Shown here piece after piece: positions 1 to 9,264 of a stretch of 51,350 nt of DNA. A program made the position numbers and the translations under genes. Origin of the DNA: Pseudobdellovibrionaceae bacterium (lineage in GTDB: Bacteria > Bdellovibrionota > Bdellovibrionia > Bdellovibrionales > Bdellovibrionaceae); the NCBI GenBank assembly GCA_044359815.1, contig JBIKLL010000011.1, positions 1 to 51,350 on the forward strand, written 5' to 3'. The notes under the pieces are model-generated. The model had not been told where the DNA came from. It ran no database searches and worked only from the letters and a program-made list of their open reading frames with translations. Position 1 is the first letter of the stretch, and each line of letters starts with the position of its first letter.

Positions 1-377
1 GACCCAGCAAAGGTTCCGAGGAAAGAATTTTCTGGATCGAGGAAGATCCCTTATTGCCTGCACCTAAATTTACGGATGAAACGCCTGCAGAAATTCAAGC
101 AAGCTCAAGGGGAAATATCAAGGTCGCTTGGAAAGCGGTCAAGGGTGCCAAGCTTTACATCGTGATGCTAAAAACTCCGACGGGTGAGTTGCAGGAACAG
201 CAAATCGAACTGACTGAGGTTGATTATAAAAAACTGCAACCTGGGGAATATTCGATCACGCTAAAATCCGTCGACGTTGATGGCAATCACAGTCCATTGG
301 GTGAAACCAGAATTATCAGGGTGCCAGAGCTCAGTGATCTGAAAGCGCCGACATTAAAAAAAGTTGAGGTCAAATGA
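1..377 (+). CDS. Fibronectin type III-like repeat protein, C-terminal part (5' truncated by window)
   Basis: Frame is open from base 3 to the stop at 377. FN3-like pattern WKAVKGAKLY...LQPGEYSITLKSVD. Confidence 0.7.
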   Translation, partial: PSKGSEERIFWIEEDPLLPAPKFTDETPAEIQASSRGNIKVAWKAVKGAKLYIVMLKTPTGELQEQQIELTEVDYKKLQPGEYSITLKSVDVDGNHSPLGETRIIRVPELSDLKAPTLKKVEVK

Positions 378-1963
378 TAAAACTGACTCAGCTTTTTATT
401 TTGGTATTGGTTGTTTTGTTGCTCCCGCAGGGGCAAGCACAGATTTTGAGACCCTTTGCTCTTGAATGGGAGCCTGTCGAGGAAGCCAGCGAATACCAAA
501 TCGAAATCAGCTCACCAGATGGTGGCCAGAAAAAATTTAAAACTAAAGACCCTGTGTTTTCCAGCACTCTGCCGCCGGGAATTTACAAAATGCGCCTGAG
601 GACCTTTGATGACAGAGGTGTTCCGGGTACATGGAGTGAAACAACAGAATTCAGCGTCAGTCTTGAGGCCGTGCAGTTGATTGAGCCTGCAAATGCATCT
701 CGAGTGAACATCGTCGGAAAGCACGAGGGCATAGTGCAATTTAAATGGAGTGCTGTGACGGGCGGTGCCAGCTATAAACTGACTGTAAAAAACGCTGATG
801 GTGAAAACAACCAAGTCTCATCGGCCAATAGTTTGGATGTGAATTTAAAAATTGGTGGCGGATACAGTTACAGTGTGGTGCCACTGTTGCCAAATAATTC
901 TGAAGGCGAGCGATCGTCTGTTTGGAATTTCGAAGTCTGGGGTGAGCCCTTGGATGCGCCGATTATAGCTCAGCCTGATGATGAGTATGTCAGAAAACTT
1001 TCATGGTCCAAGCCTGCCGATGCTCAGTGGTACACGGTTGTGATTTCATTCAAAGACTCTGTGGGTAGTGTCTGGCGGACCTATGCTAAATACGAAAAGG
1101 TCACCAAGAACGAAATATTTTTTTCGGAACAAAATGATGGTGGGGAGTATGCCTTGACGGTGACGGCCCATGCGCCATTTAGAAATGATTCACCTCAGGC
1201 ACAAATTCAGTTTAACGTGGCTTTTGGGGATCGCTCACCTGCGGGTAAAAAGGCAGAGGAGCTTCGCGATTCCATCGAGCGCAAACAGCCTTATATTTTG
1301 TTAGCCAGTTGGTTGTATTCGCAGCTGAGCTATGCCGGCACAAATACCGAATATCTGTCCAAGACCAATTTTTCGGCTTCTGGTGGGACGGGCAAAGTTG
1401 GTGTTGGATATTTGCACACTGATTACAATGTGGGTGCTCAGGTCTTTATGGACATCAGCGGTTTTACCCTGGCTGGAACAAATTATACTTTCACGGCCTA
1501 CGAACTGCATATGATCTATCAATATTGGAACGATATTTCGCAGATCAGATGGACCTTTGGATATTATCAAAAGGAATTGCCCGAGCTGATCGGAAATGCA
1601 AACTCAACAGCTTATTCAGTTTCAAAAGTTAAATTCACAGGCCCCCATGTGGGAGTGGATTACTGGCGGCCCTTTACAAAAAAACTTGGATACAAAGCTA
1701 ATTTTAGATTTTACGATACTAACGGTGGAAACAGCACACCCAATGGAAGGGACATTGTTTCGTCATTTTCCTATCAGGCTGGATTGTTTGGATCATTGCG
1801 ATTGTCCGAGGACATCATTGGCTTTGCTGGATACACTTATCGGCTTGATCGAATCGCCTACAAAGCCGATCCTAACAGTACGGGCTTTGCCACCAATGGT
1901 GACATCAACGACGTCACTATCACCGGCAGCTACCTGAACCTCGTCCTTGAGTGGGGCTTCTAA
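374..1963 (+). CDS. Secreted FN3-repeat protein with probable C-terminal outer-membrane beta-barrel
   Basis: Signal peptide, three FN3-like repeats (WEPVEEASEY, WSAVTGGASY, WSKPADAQWY), alternating beta-strands ending LVLEWGF. ATGA overlap with upstream gene. Confidence 0.7.
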   Translation: MIKLTQLFILVLVVLLLPQGQAQILRPFALEWEPVEEASEYQIEISSPDGGQKKFKTKDPVFSSTLPPGIYKMRLRTFDDRGVPGTWSETTEFSVSLEAVQLIEPANASRVNIVGKHEGIVQFKWSAVTGGASYKLTVKNADGENNQVSSANSLDVNLKIGGGYSYSVVPLLPNNSEGERSSVWNFEVWGEPLDAPIIAQPDDEYVRKLSWSKPADAQWYTVVISFKDSVGSVWRTYAKYEKVTKNEIFFSEQNDGGEYALTVTAHAPFRNDSPQAQIQFNVAFGDRSPAGKKAEELRDSIERKQPYILLASWLYSQLSYAGTNTEYLSKTNFSASGGTGKVGVGYLHTDYNVGAQVFMDISGFTLAGTNYTFTAYELHMIYQYWNDISQIRWTFGYYQKELPELIGNANSTAYSVSKVKFTGPHVGVDYWRPFTKKLGYKANFRFYDTNGGNSTPNGRDIVSSFSYQAGLFGSLRLSEDIIGFAGYTYRLDRIAYKADPNSTGFATNGDINDVTITGSYLNLVLEWGF

Positions 1964-2246
1964 CCCGCAAAAGAGACCGTACGACTTTTTCTGTCTACAC
2001 CGCAGGATAAAAATGCCAAATTGCAATTTATAAAATAAGTTTACTTTGCAGTTTTAAAAACGAGTTCGGACGTGAAGCTGCGCGGATGCTTTACGTGCTT
2101 TGAGTAAATAAATGCGCGCAGCTTTGCGCCCGCTGTTTGAGTTTTTAAGACTGCAAAGTAAACTTATTTTATAAATTGCAATGTGGCTTTTTCCAAATTT
2201 TTTACTGCGGTGTAGACAGAAAAAGTCGTACGGTCTCTTTTGCCGG
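1964..2246. repeat. Long intergenic foldback (imperfect palindrome) A
   Basis: 1967-2005 is the exact reverse complement of 2205-2243 (39 bp). 2020-2061 vs 2141-2182 match 41/42. GC-rich inner stem AAGCTGCGCG/CGCGCAGCTT. Confidence 0.95.
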
Positions 2247-4364
2247 CTAGGCGGTGATTTTGACTTTGTCGGCGCCTTCGGCTTCGTAGTCAGAATACTT
2301 GGTAGAGATTTCTACTGGAGTTCCAGTTTCGGTGAAATAACCTTTCACTCTAAACATTTTGATGGGCTCGGCTTGGCCTTTGACTTCGGCCTCGCCAGCC
2401 AGGGCAAAAATAAATTTGTCTTCAAGTCCTGCCAGTGTGGCTTCGCTGACCAATAGATCTGAGCCAAAAGCTTTCGTTGAGGACTCAATCCTGGAAGCCA
2501 TATTAACGGTGTCACCAATCACTGTGTATTCCATTCTTTCAGTGGACCCAATGGTTCCCGAAATCGCAGGGCCTGAATGCAGTCCCATACCAATTTTGAT
2601 TTCTGAATGCCCTCGGGCAATCCGTTTTTTATTCAATTCATCCAGCGCCGTTCGCATTTCCAGACAAGCTTTCACTGCGTGTTTTGGGTCTTCGCCCGTC
2701 GTATTAGGCGCACCCCATATGGCCATAATGGCGTCACCCACAAATTTATCGACGATGCCATGGTTTTTAGTAATGATCCCAACCATAATCTGAAAATACT
2801 CATTCAGCATTGCGACCACTTCCTCGGGCGTGTGGCCTTCAGAAAATTTCGTAAATCCCCTGATGTCGCTAAAAAATACGGTGACTTCTTTTTTCTTGCC
2901 ACCTAAATTTAAATCACCTTTTAACAAGTCATCAGTGACGGTTGAGCCGTGGAACTTGTTCATCACATTTTTTATTTTATCCCGTTCTTTTAATCCATCC
3001 ACCATTTCATTAAAGGCTGCTGACAGCTCGCCGACTTCGTCAGAGGATTTGATCTTGGCATGGATATCAAAATTTCCTTTTGCGACTTCGTTTGAAAACT
3101 CCAATAGCGATTCAATCGGATTTGTGATCGTGATCGAAAATAAAAATATCAAAAAGATTGAGGCTGAAACCACATAGCCCGTGATTTCGATGGCTTTTCT
3201 TTTGATTTCTTTTGCCGGCTCTAAAATGACTTCTTCTTTGGCTTGCGACACTACAAATAAATCATAGCCTCTGACCTTGTAATAGGCGCCGGCGTATTTG
3301 ACCTCGGTTTCAGGATCAATAAAATTCAACGAAGCATTGTTTGCTTGGGTGTTGTTTTTTGCTTTATCCACTAGGGGGTGAGACCACAGGTCCTTTCGAT
3401 TGGCCACCCAAGATTCGTCAGGGTGGGCAATGATAACGCCAGATTTATCAAACATAAACAGTGTCCTGGTATCGACCTCGGGGAAATATTTTAAAAGCCC
3501 AGATAATTTTAAATCAATGACCGCCACATGGGTGATGCGACCGCTGTCGTCCTTGGCAAAGGGCAATGCCGCCGTCAGCATCAATAAACCTGAAGGCATG
3601 CTTGAATTTAAAATCACTCGGTCTTCTGTCCTGAAAATCGAAGCAACCTTAAAACCAATTTTGTCTTTGTTGTTTGTTAAGTCAGCTTCAGTGATGGAGT
3701 GTTCCTTTAAAAAATCTTCTTTGATGATTTTGTATTTTTCGATCACACCCTCTGGTGTCATCTCGTAAATGTGCACACCAAAAATCGTGTCATCAGTTGT
3801 AAAGCTTAGCTCCAGTGCTTGAGATCGTTCTTCGGGGCTGGAATAATTTTTAAATAAAATCCCGCCGATGACTTTTGCTTTATAGAAAATTGAATTGAAC
3901 AATTGTTCTATGGTTGCCGCGATCATCTTGGCCTGAACCCCGTTGTTGTTTGATTCACGGTCTCTGGATCCGCTTTCAATGTACTGCGAGCTTTGCAGGG
4001 CGATGGTGATTGTTGCCACCAACATCAAAGCCAACGACACCACCACCAGTTTTGCCACGATGGGGATTTTTGTTTTAATCAGTCTTTTGGGTTTTTGTTT
4101 ATTGCCATTTTGTGGAACAGAATTTTTTATCCCTGAATTTTGTGGGACAGAATTTTTTGGTGGCAGAAAACCTGCAGAAGCAGTCACCGGATTTTTTGAG
4201 CCACCCATGGTCGCTGGTTTTGCTGAAGGGGTGGTCGTAGAGTTTTTTACCGTAGCCGATTGCTGATTGATAGGTGTTAATGTGGTCGGCACAAAATTCA
4301 CTGGGCCCTGGTTGTCAGAAGATTTTTGCAGAATAGAAATTTTCTTTTTAAGCCAGGTTTTCAC
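2247..4364 (-). CDS. Class III adenylate/guanylate cyclase with Cache-like sensor and HAMP domain
   Basis: Two TM helices, HAMP (DEVGELSAAFNEM), catalytic motifs VFFSDIRGFT, DKFVGDAIMA, YTVIGDTVNMASRIE. Confidence 0.93.
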   Translation of the reverse strand: MKTWLKKKISILQKSSDNQGPVNFVPTTLTPINQQSATVKNSTTTPSAKPATMGGSKNPVTASAGFLPPKNSVPQNSGIKNSVPQNGNKQKPKRLIKTKIPIVAKLVVVSLALMLVATITIALQSSQYIESGSRDRESNNNGVQAKMIAATIEQLFNSIFYKAKVIGGILFKNYSSPEERSQALELSFTTDDTIFGVHIYEMTPEGVIEKYKIIKEDFLKEHSITEADLTNNKDKIGFKVASIFRTEDRVILNSSMPSGLLMLTAALPFAKDDSGRITHVAVIDLKLSGLLKYFPEVDTRTLFMFDKSGVIIAHPDESWVANRKDLWSHPLVDKAKNNTQANNASLNFIDPETEVKYAGAYYKVRGYDLFVVSQAKEEVILEPAKEIKRKAIEITGYVVSASIFLIFLFSITITNPIESLLEFSNEVAKGNFDIHAKIKSSDEVGELSAAFNEMVDGLKERDKIKNVMNKFHGSTVTDDLLKGDLNLGGKKKEVTVFFSDIRGFTKFSEGHTPEEVVAMLNEYFQIMVGIITKNHGIVDKFVGDAIMAIWGAPNTTGEDPKHAVKACLEMRTALDELNKKRIARGHSEIKIGMGLHSGPAISGTIGSTERMEYTVIGDTVNMASRIESSTKAFGSDLLVSEATLAGLEDKFIFALAGEAEVKGQAEPIKMFRVKGYFTETGTPVEISTKYSDYEAEGADKVKITA

Positions 4365-4437
4365 TTGTATGTTTTCGGCATATTTGACAATAAATATTAA
4401 GCAGATACGCCACTACAAAGACATCAAAGGAGTTTAT

Positions 4438-5289
4438 ATGGATCAACAGCCTTCGGCCCTAGTGACAGGTGCTTCCACTGGTATTGGGTATGAACTATCA
4501 AAAGTCCTGATCCAAAAAGGTTATTTGGTTTTTGGCAGCGTCAGAACTGTTGCTGACGCCAACAGATTGTCCAAGGACTTTGGTCAGAATTTTGTGCCGT
4601 TGCAGTTTGATGTCACTGACTATGCTGCTATTGAAAAATCTGTTGATTTAGTCAAAGCCAAGCTTGGCAAAAATAAATTATCATTGTTGATCAACAACGC
4701 GGGCGTTGCTGTGTTTGGACCTTTGGCGCATTTAGGAATGGAAGATTTTAAAAAACAATTTGAAATCAATGTTTTCGGCCCGCAAAAAATAACTCAAGTG
4801 TATTTGCCTCTGCTGGGTATGGATCAGACCCTGGTCGGGTTGCCCGGGAAAATTATTAATATTAGCTCTGTGGCTGGCAAAAGAGGGTTACCATTTTTAG
4901 GTCCCTACGCCGCCAGCAAGCATGCACTTGAAGGGTGGTCACAGTCTTTGCGGCGCGAGCTTTTGCCCTTTGGTATTGATGTTATTGTGATTGGTCCAGG
5001 GACGATTAAAACTCCGATTTGGGACAAGGCCGAGGACCAGGGAATGCAACAATTTGATAACACCACTTACAAACAATCCCTAAAGCAATTTGGAGACTTT
5101 GCGATTTCAGCGGGTAAAACAGGTTTAGAAGTCAGCGCCATCGGTGATTTATTGATTAAGATTTTGCAAACCAAAAAACCCCAGACCAGATACGCCATTG
5201 TGCCTAATCCAATTTATAATCAGGTGTTGCCTGCGATTTTACCACCCAGAGTTTTGGACAGGTTGATTGCTAAAAAATTCGGTCTGTGA
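4438..5289 (+). CDS. SDR family NAD(P)-dependent oxidoreductase
   Basis: TGASTGIG, NNAG, YAASK motifs. Start moved to ATG 4438 after AAAGGAG RBS. Confidence 0.92.
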   Translation: MDQQPSALVTGASTGIGYELSKVLIQKGYLVFGSVRTVADANRLSKDFGQNFVPLQFDVTDYAAIEKSVDLVKAKLGKNKLSLLINNAGVAVFGPLAHLGMEDFKKQFEINVFGPQKITQVYLPLLGMDQTLVGLPGKIINISSVAGKRGLPFLGPYAASKHALEGWSQSLRRELLPFGIDVIVIGPGTIKTPIWDKAEDQGMQQFDNTTYKQSLKQFGDFAISAGKTGLEVSAIGDLLIKILQTKKPQTRYAIVPNPIYNQVLPAILPPRVLDRLIAKKFGL

Positions 5290-5328
5290 GTACAATAGAC
5301 TTATAACAAATTAAGTCTGTGAGCGATT

Positions 5329-5949
5329 GTGACCAAGCGATTGATTAAAAAATTTAAAGCTATTCAAAACGCATCAGCGTTTGTGTTTGGTCTGATACTT
5401 TTTTGTTCGATAATTTTTGCCAGTCCCCATTTTGCTAATGCTCAGAAAGCCCAAGGAGCTGATTGCAATCCCACGGTTTTGCAAATGCCAGCAAAAGGTT
5501 GGATGAATCTGAGCGAACAAGAAGTCGATTTGATCATTGAATCGGGTAAAATGTTAGCCAATCCCGAAAACGGCGAAACGGTTCAGGTCAGGTTTGATGA
5601 CGGTGCAAAACCAGCAGTCAAGTTAGCCCAGCCCGAGTTAATTCCATCAACAAATACTAAAAATAAATTAAAACCCAACAAGCAAATCATAGCTCCTAAA
5701 TCCGTTCCAGCTTCTGCCGAAAGGTGGGTGATGGAGGAATACAAAAGCTTAAATGAAAATGTTGGGGTCAATAAACGTGACAATAATGGTTGTGACCAAA
5801 AATATGTTGCGGGTCCACAGGGTGGGGCGAATTTAGGGTTGTCCTACAGAATGCCATTAAGTCCTGAATGTAATGTGACAACTCCATTGCAAGAAGAAAC
5901 CAAGCAGCGCAAAAAAGTTTTGGATGAAGCTTTACAAAATCAAGACTGA
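5329..5949 (+). CDS. Hypothetical secreted protein
   Basis: 206-aa ORF with N-terminal hydrophobic/signal segment. No family recognised. Confidence 0.6.
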   Translation: MTKRLIKKFKAIQNASAFVFGLILFCSIIFASPHFANAQKAQGADCNPTVLQMPAKGWMNLSEQEVDLIIESGKMLANPENGETVQVRFDDGAKPAVKLAQPELIPSTNTKNKLKPNKQIIAPKSVPASAERWVMEEYKSLNENVGVNKRDNNGCDQKYVAGPQGGANLGLSYRMPLSPECNVTTPLQEETKQRKKVLDEALQNQD

Positions 5950-6143
5950 TCTGTCTGACTGGATTAATTTTAAGAGCTTAAATTGAGCGCCTTAAAATTT
6001 GAAATGAGCAACAGAAAAAACAAAATGCCCAAATGTAAAACATGTTTGTTTTAAGTGCACTTTCAAATCCAAAAATCGTTGCAGCAGGTTAAATAAAATT
6101 AATTGACGGTTTGTTGGGTCGTCCCTCAGACTTAGTTCTAAAG

Positions 6144-6611
6144 ATGAAAAATCAATCAGGTAAAAAAACTTTAAATCTATCTATTTGTTTTGCGGTCGCC
6201 GGCATCACGGTTGCCAGTTTGTTGAGTGGGTGTGCTTTTTTGCACCATGTGACGGTTGGGGACATTGATAACCGCAAAGGCTACACGCAAAAGCCCATTG
6301 AATTCAAAGTCAGCGAAACGGGTGTGGATTTAAAAGATGTAAAGACCATGGCTGATATTTTTATGCGTAATCAGCATGCACAGTCGACTAAGGAAGCAGC
6401 TGGCTTTATTGAAAGCATTCAAATGGGCCCCAGAACTGGGCATCCTGTTTATAACTTGGCAGCCTATTCAGATTTAAATCAAAAACTCAAAGCCCTTTGC
6501 CCATCAGGCAGAATTACTGGGATATTAGCAATTCGTGAAACCCGAAAATACCCAGTGATCAGTGGGGAAATCATCAAAGTTAAAGCCTATTGTTTGGAGC
6601 CAAAAGCATGA
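6144..6611 (+). CDS. Small lipoprotein (CP-x-G-x-I/V-TGI motif family), copy 1
   Basis: Lipobox LSGC, motif LKALCPSGRITGI, C-terminal AYC. Start taken at ATG 6144. Confidence 0.7.
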   Translation: MKNQSGKKTLNLSICFAVAGITVASLLSGCAFLHHVTVGDIDNRKGYTQKPIEFKVSETGVDLKDVKTMADIFMRNQHAQSTKEAAGFIESIQMGPRTGHPVYNLAAYSDLNQKLKALCPSGRITGILAIRETRKYPVISGEIIKVKAYCLEPKA

Positions 6612-6973
6612 AAAATAAAATTTTATCAATCAGTTTGATCGCAGCTTTTTTAAGTTCTGGCTGCGCCGTTTTAAAAACTGTTTCTGTGACATCGATTCCC
6701 GCCAAAAGGGATCAGATGGTGTCAACAATGACAAACAGATGGACTTTTTTAGGAATCGCCTTTGACAATGATTTTGTGGATAGGCTGGTTGAGGATTTAA
6801 AATCCAAATGCCCTGATGGTATGGTCACGGGAATTTTAACTAAAAGCGAAATTGTTTCCTATGTTTTAGTGTTTCAAGAAAAAGTATCGGCCAAGGGTTT
6901 TTGTGTTAAAGGGGCGGCCAGCGCTCAGTCCAAGGATTCTTTCACAAATACGACAGTGGCCAAGGGTAACTAG
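6608..6973 (+). CDS. Small lipoprotein, copy 2
   Basis: Lipobox SSGC, motif LKSKCPDGMVTGI, GFC. ATGA overlap at 6608. Confidence 0.7.
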   Translation: MKNKILSISLIAAFLSSGCAVLKTVSVTSIPAKRDQMVSTMTNRWTFLGIAFDNDFVDRLVEDLKSKCPDGMVTGILTKSEIVSYVLVFQEKVSAKGFCVKGAASAQSKDSFTNTTVAKGN

Positions 6974-7279
6974 ATGAAGTTTTTGTTTTTGATTTTAATG
7001 CTCTTTATGGTTGGTTGTGCCCATAGCGTACACATTGTGGGATTTTCTGATTACAGGCCTTACACAAATTCAGGAACTATTGTTAAATCAGAAACCAAAC
7101 AGTTTGTGATTTTTTGGTTTACTGACAACACTCAATACGTTGATTTGGCCTATCAGAAACTGATGCAACAATGTCCAGGCGGCAGCATCACTGGTATCGG
7201 CACAAAATTTTATACCAATCTGGGATTTTTTTCGTGGACCAACAAACTTGAGATGCAAGGCTACTGTATCAAGAACTGA
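6974..7279 (+). CDS. Small lipoprotein, copy 3
   Basis: Lipobox MVGC, motif LMQQCPGGSITGI, GYC. Abuts previous stop. Confidence 0.7.
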   Translation: MKFLFLILMLFMVGCAHSVHIVGFSDYRPYTNSGTIVKSETKQFVIFWFTDNTQYVDLAYQKLMQQCPGGSITGIGTKFYTNLGFFSWTNKLEMQGYCIKN

Positions 7280-7435
7280 TTTTGATTTCAGTAACCTTAG
7301 CAATCGGCACCAAAGATTTTTAGGAACAAGGCTTAAAATACTATTTAGCGGCAAAAACACATCACAACATTCGGATCAGGTAGCCAATCTTTGACAAAGT
7401 GATTATTAGCTTAAAAAATCGATCGGACGGGGGGA

Positions 7436-8206
7436 TTGATGATAAAAATCATTGGAATTGTAATTTTAGTTTTTAATACGTGTTTTAACTGGGCTTTGGC
7501 GCAAACCTGCCCACAAAAACAAGCTGACAGACAGGTGCTGATCCTGCCACCCACGGGCGGGGCCAACTCTGCAGACCAATCCTTGTACGATTCGCTGTGC
7601 GGTATGGGACATCAAGTGAGCATTTTAAATTACCAGCAAAAATCAGGGCTGACGACTGATTTGAGTGTCCATGATCAGCTTAGCCGCGAAGTCTTGGTGG
7701 CAATTGATCAGTTTATTGGACTGAACCCAAAGCCTACAGCCTTGGTTGGAGCCAGTCTTGGGGGGCTTTATGCATCCCTTGCGTTTTCATACAGTAAAAC
7801 CAATCAGACCGAATTTAAAAATTTGAAATTTGTAAACCGGATTGTGCTGACGGTGGCTGGTGGTCCGCTATGGGATATTTTGACATTTTCACAGGGCGAG
7901 GAAGTTATAAAACAAAGGGATCTGCGTATGAAGGCCTATAGGTTTACTGACCTGAAACAATACCGTGAGGCCCTTTTGAAAAATATTTTTTATGACACTC
8001 AAATTTGGGCGACTGCCGCTGAAAGATCCAACGTGTTGATGTTTAATTCTACAGCTGATGATGTGGTGCCTACGGCCAGTCAAGAATCCCTTTGGAATGC
8101 CTGGGGCAAGCCCGAAGTGGTTTTGTTTTCGACGGGTCACCAATGGACAGTGGGCTGGGTTTATTTTTTCTACACCCAGCAAATCAGTGATTTTTTAAAA
8201 CGATAG
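7436..8206 (+). CDS. Secreted alpha/beta hydrolase
   Basis: Signal peptide, nucleophile elbow GASLGG, candidate Asp (DDVVP) and His (TGH). Confidence 0.8.
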   Translation: MMIKIIGIVILVFNTCFNWALAQTCPQKQADRQVLILPPTGGANSADQSLYDSLCGMGHQVSILNYQQKSGLTTDLSVHDQLSREVLVAIDQFIGLNPKPTALVGASLGGLYASLAFSYSKTNQTEFKNLKFVNRIVLTVAGGPLWDILTFSQGEEVIKQRDLRMKAYRFTDLKQYREALLKNIFYDTQIWATAAERSNVLMFNSTADDVVPTASQESLWNAWGKPEVVLFSTGHQWTVGWVYFFYTQQISDFLKR

Positions 8207-8217
8207 TTTTATATGGT

Positions 8218-8976
8218 TTGTCGATGAAACATTATTTAAACGAAGTTGAAGCTCAGTTGAATAAGTTGCCCCAAAGAACTTCATCGCAAAATCCTGAAGC
8301 CTACATTGGTGGCGGGCAGTCTGCATTGCGATTTATTGGTTTGCGTGTGCCCGATTTGCGCAGCACTTATAAAAAAGGTTTTTCGTTTTCAGATTTGTCA
8401 CCAGCTCAGACAGCTAAAATTTGGGATTATATCTGGAAAAATTCTGATTGCTTTGAGGTCATGGCGTTGGCCTTGATGTGGTTCGAGGACCCTAAGCGCA
8501 GGGATTCCATCAAAAATCATTGGAGCCTATTAAAATCATGGTCACACAGGATCGACAATTGGGCTCATTCAGACACTCTGTCTGGTATATATGCTAGAAT
8601 CCACGAGGACTATCCCAAAAAAATATTACCTGTGTTCCAGCAATGGAACCGATCTAAAAACCCCTGGCACAGAAGGCTTTCTATAGTGAGTTTGTATTAT
8701 TATAGTTCTCAGCGTAACAAATACCCTTCGTTTGCCAACACGGTTTCAATGCTAAAGCCCCTGCTGGATGATGATCACTACTACGTCCAAAAGGGTGTGG
8801 GTTGGACGCTGCGGGAGTCAGGCAATGTCTATCCAGGGCCGACTTACAGCTTTATCGAGTCCAATCTGCACAGCATAAGCTCTATTGCTTTTTCTGCAGC
8901 CTGCGAAAAAATGCCCTCCAAAAAGCGCGAACACCTAAAGAAACTCAGAAAATCCCACCGCAAAAATCCCAAGTAA
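8218..8976 (+). CDS. DNA alkylation repair protein (AlkD-like)
   Basis: IGLRVPDLR, IDNWAHSD, WHRR, YYVQKGVGWTLRE motifs. Confidence 0.85.
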   Translation: MSMKHYLNEVEAQLNKLPQRTSSQNPEAYIGGGQSALRFIGLRVPDLRSTYKKGFSFSDLSPAQTAKIWDYIWKNSDCFEVMALALMWFEDPKRRDSIKNHWSLLKSWSHRIDNWAHSDTLSGIYARIHEDYPKKILPVFQQWNRSKNPWHRRLSIVSLYYYSSQRNKYPSFANTVSMLKPLLDDDHYYVQKGVGWTLRESGNVYPGPTYSFIESNLHSISSIAFSAACEKMPSKKREHLKKLRKSHRKNPK

Positions 8977-9220
8977 GTATATTTTTAAAGCCTTTATTTT
9001 TAATTTTGTTAACACCTTTGCGGGCGCGACGGTTAATTTTTTGCCGCATATCTGGTGTCGAGTCATATGAATTAAAATGGGATCTGTGGTAGTTTACTAA
9101 ACATAGATTCCATTTTAATTCATATGATTCGATACGAGAGATGAGCCTGCGGCCGCTGAGCGTGTGTTAACAAAGTTAAAAATAAAGGCTTTAAAAATAT
9201 ACTTACTTGGGATTTTTGCG
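8959..9220. repeat. Long foldback element B with conserved X/Y core
   Basis: 8959-9015 vs 9164-9220 reverse-complement 56/57. 9055-9088 vs 9102-9135 match 30/34. GC-rich internal loop is shared with the element at 28.2-28.6 kb. Confidence 0.95.
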
Positions 9221-9264
9221 AAGAGATTTTTGAAAATAAATTTTGGATGTTAGTAAATCCGGGA

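Noticed and set aside
4107..4158. 30-bp-period duplication in the adenylate cyclase N-terminus (KNSVPQN twice)
   Set aside because: Ordinary duplication in a low-complexity disordered tail.
2359..4266. Long antisense ORFs opposite the adenylate cyclase (and similar ones opposite other genes)
   Set aside because: Shadow frames of well-supported genes with no independent evidence.
9129..9162. Y motif (GATGAG) as a hammerhead ribozyme core
   Set aside because: It lacks CTGATGA and the GAAA partner. A novel ribozyme is not excluded, but there is no match to a class I recognise.
9008..9172. Foldback B as an integron attC site (GCCGCTGAGC..GTTAAC looks attC-like)
   Set aside because: Ends do not fit RYYYAAC/GTTRRRY, the homologous copies at 28.3-28.5 kb lack GTT, the stem continues about 50 bp further out, and there is no integrase or cassette array.
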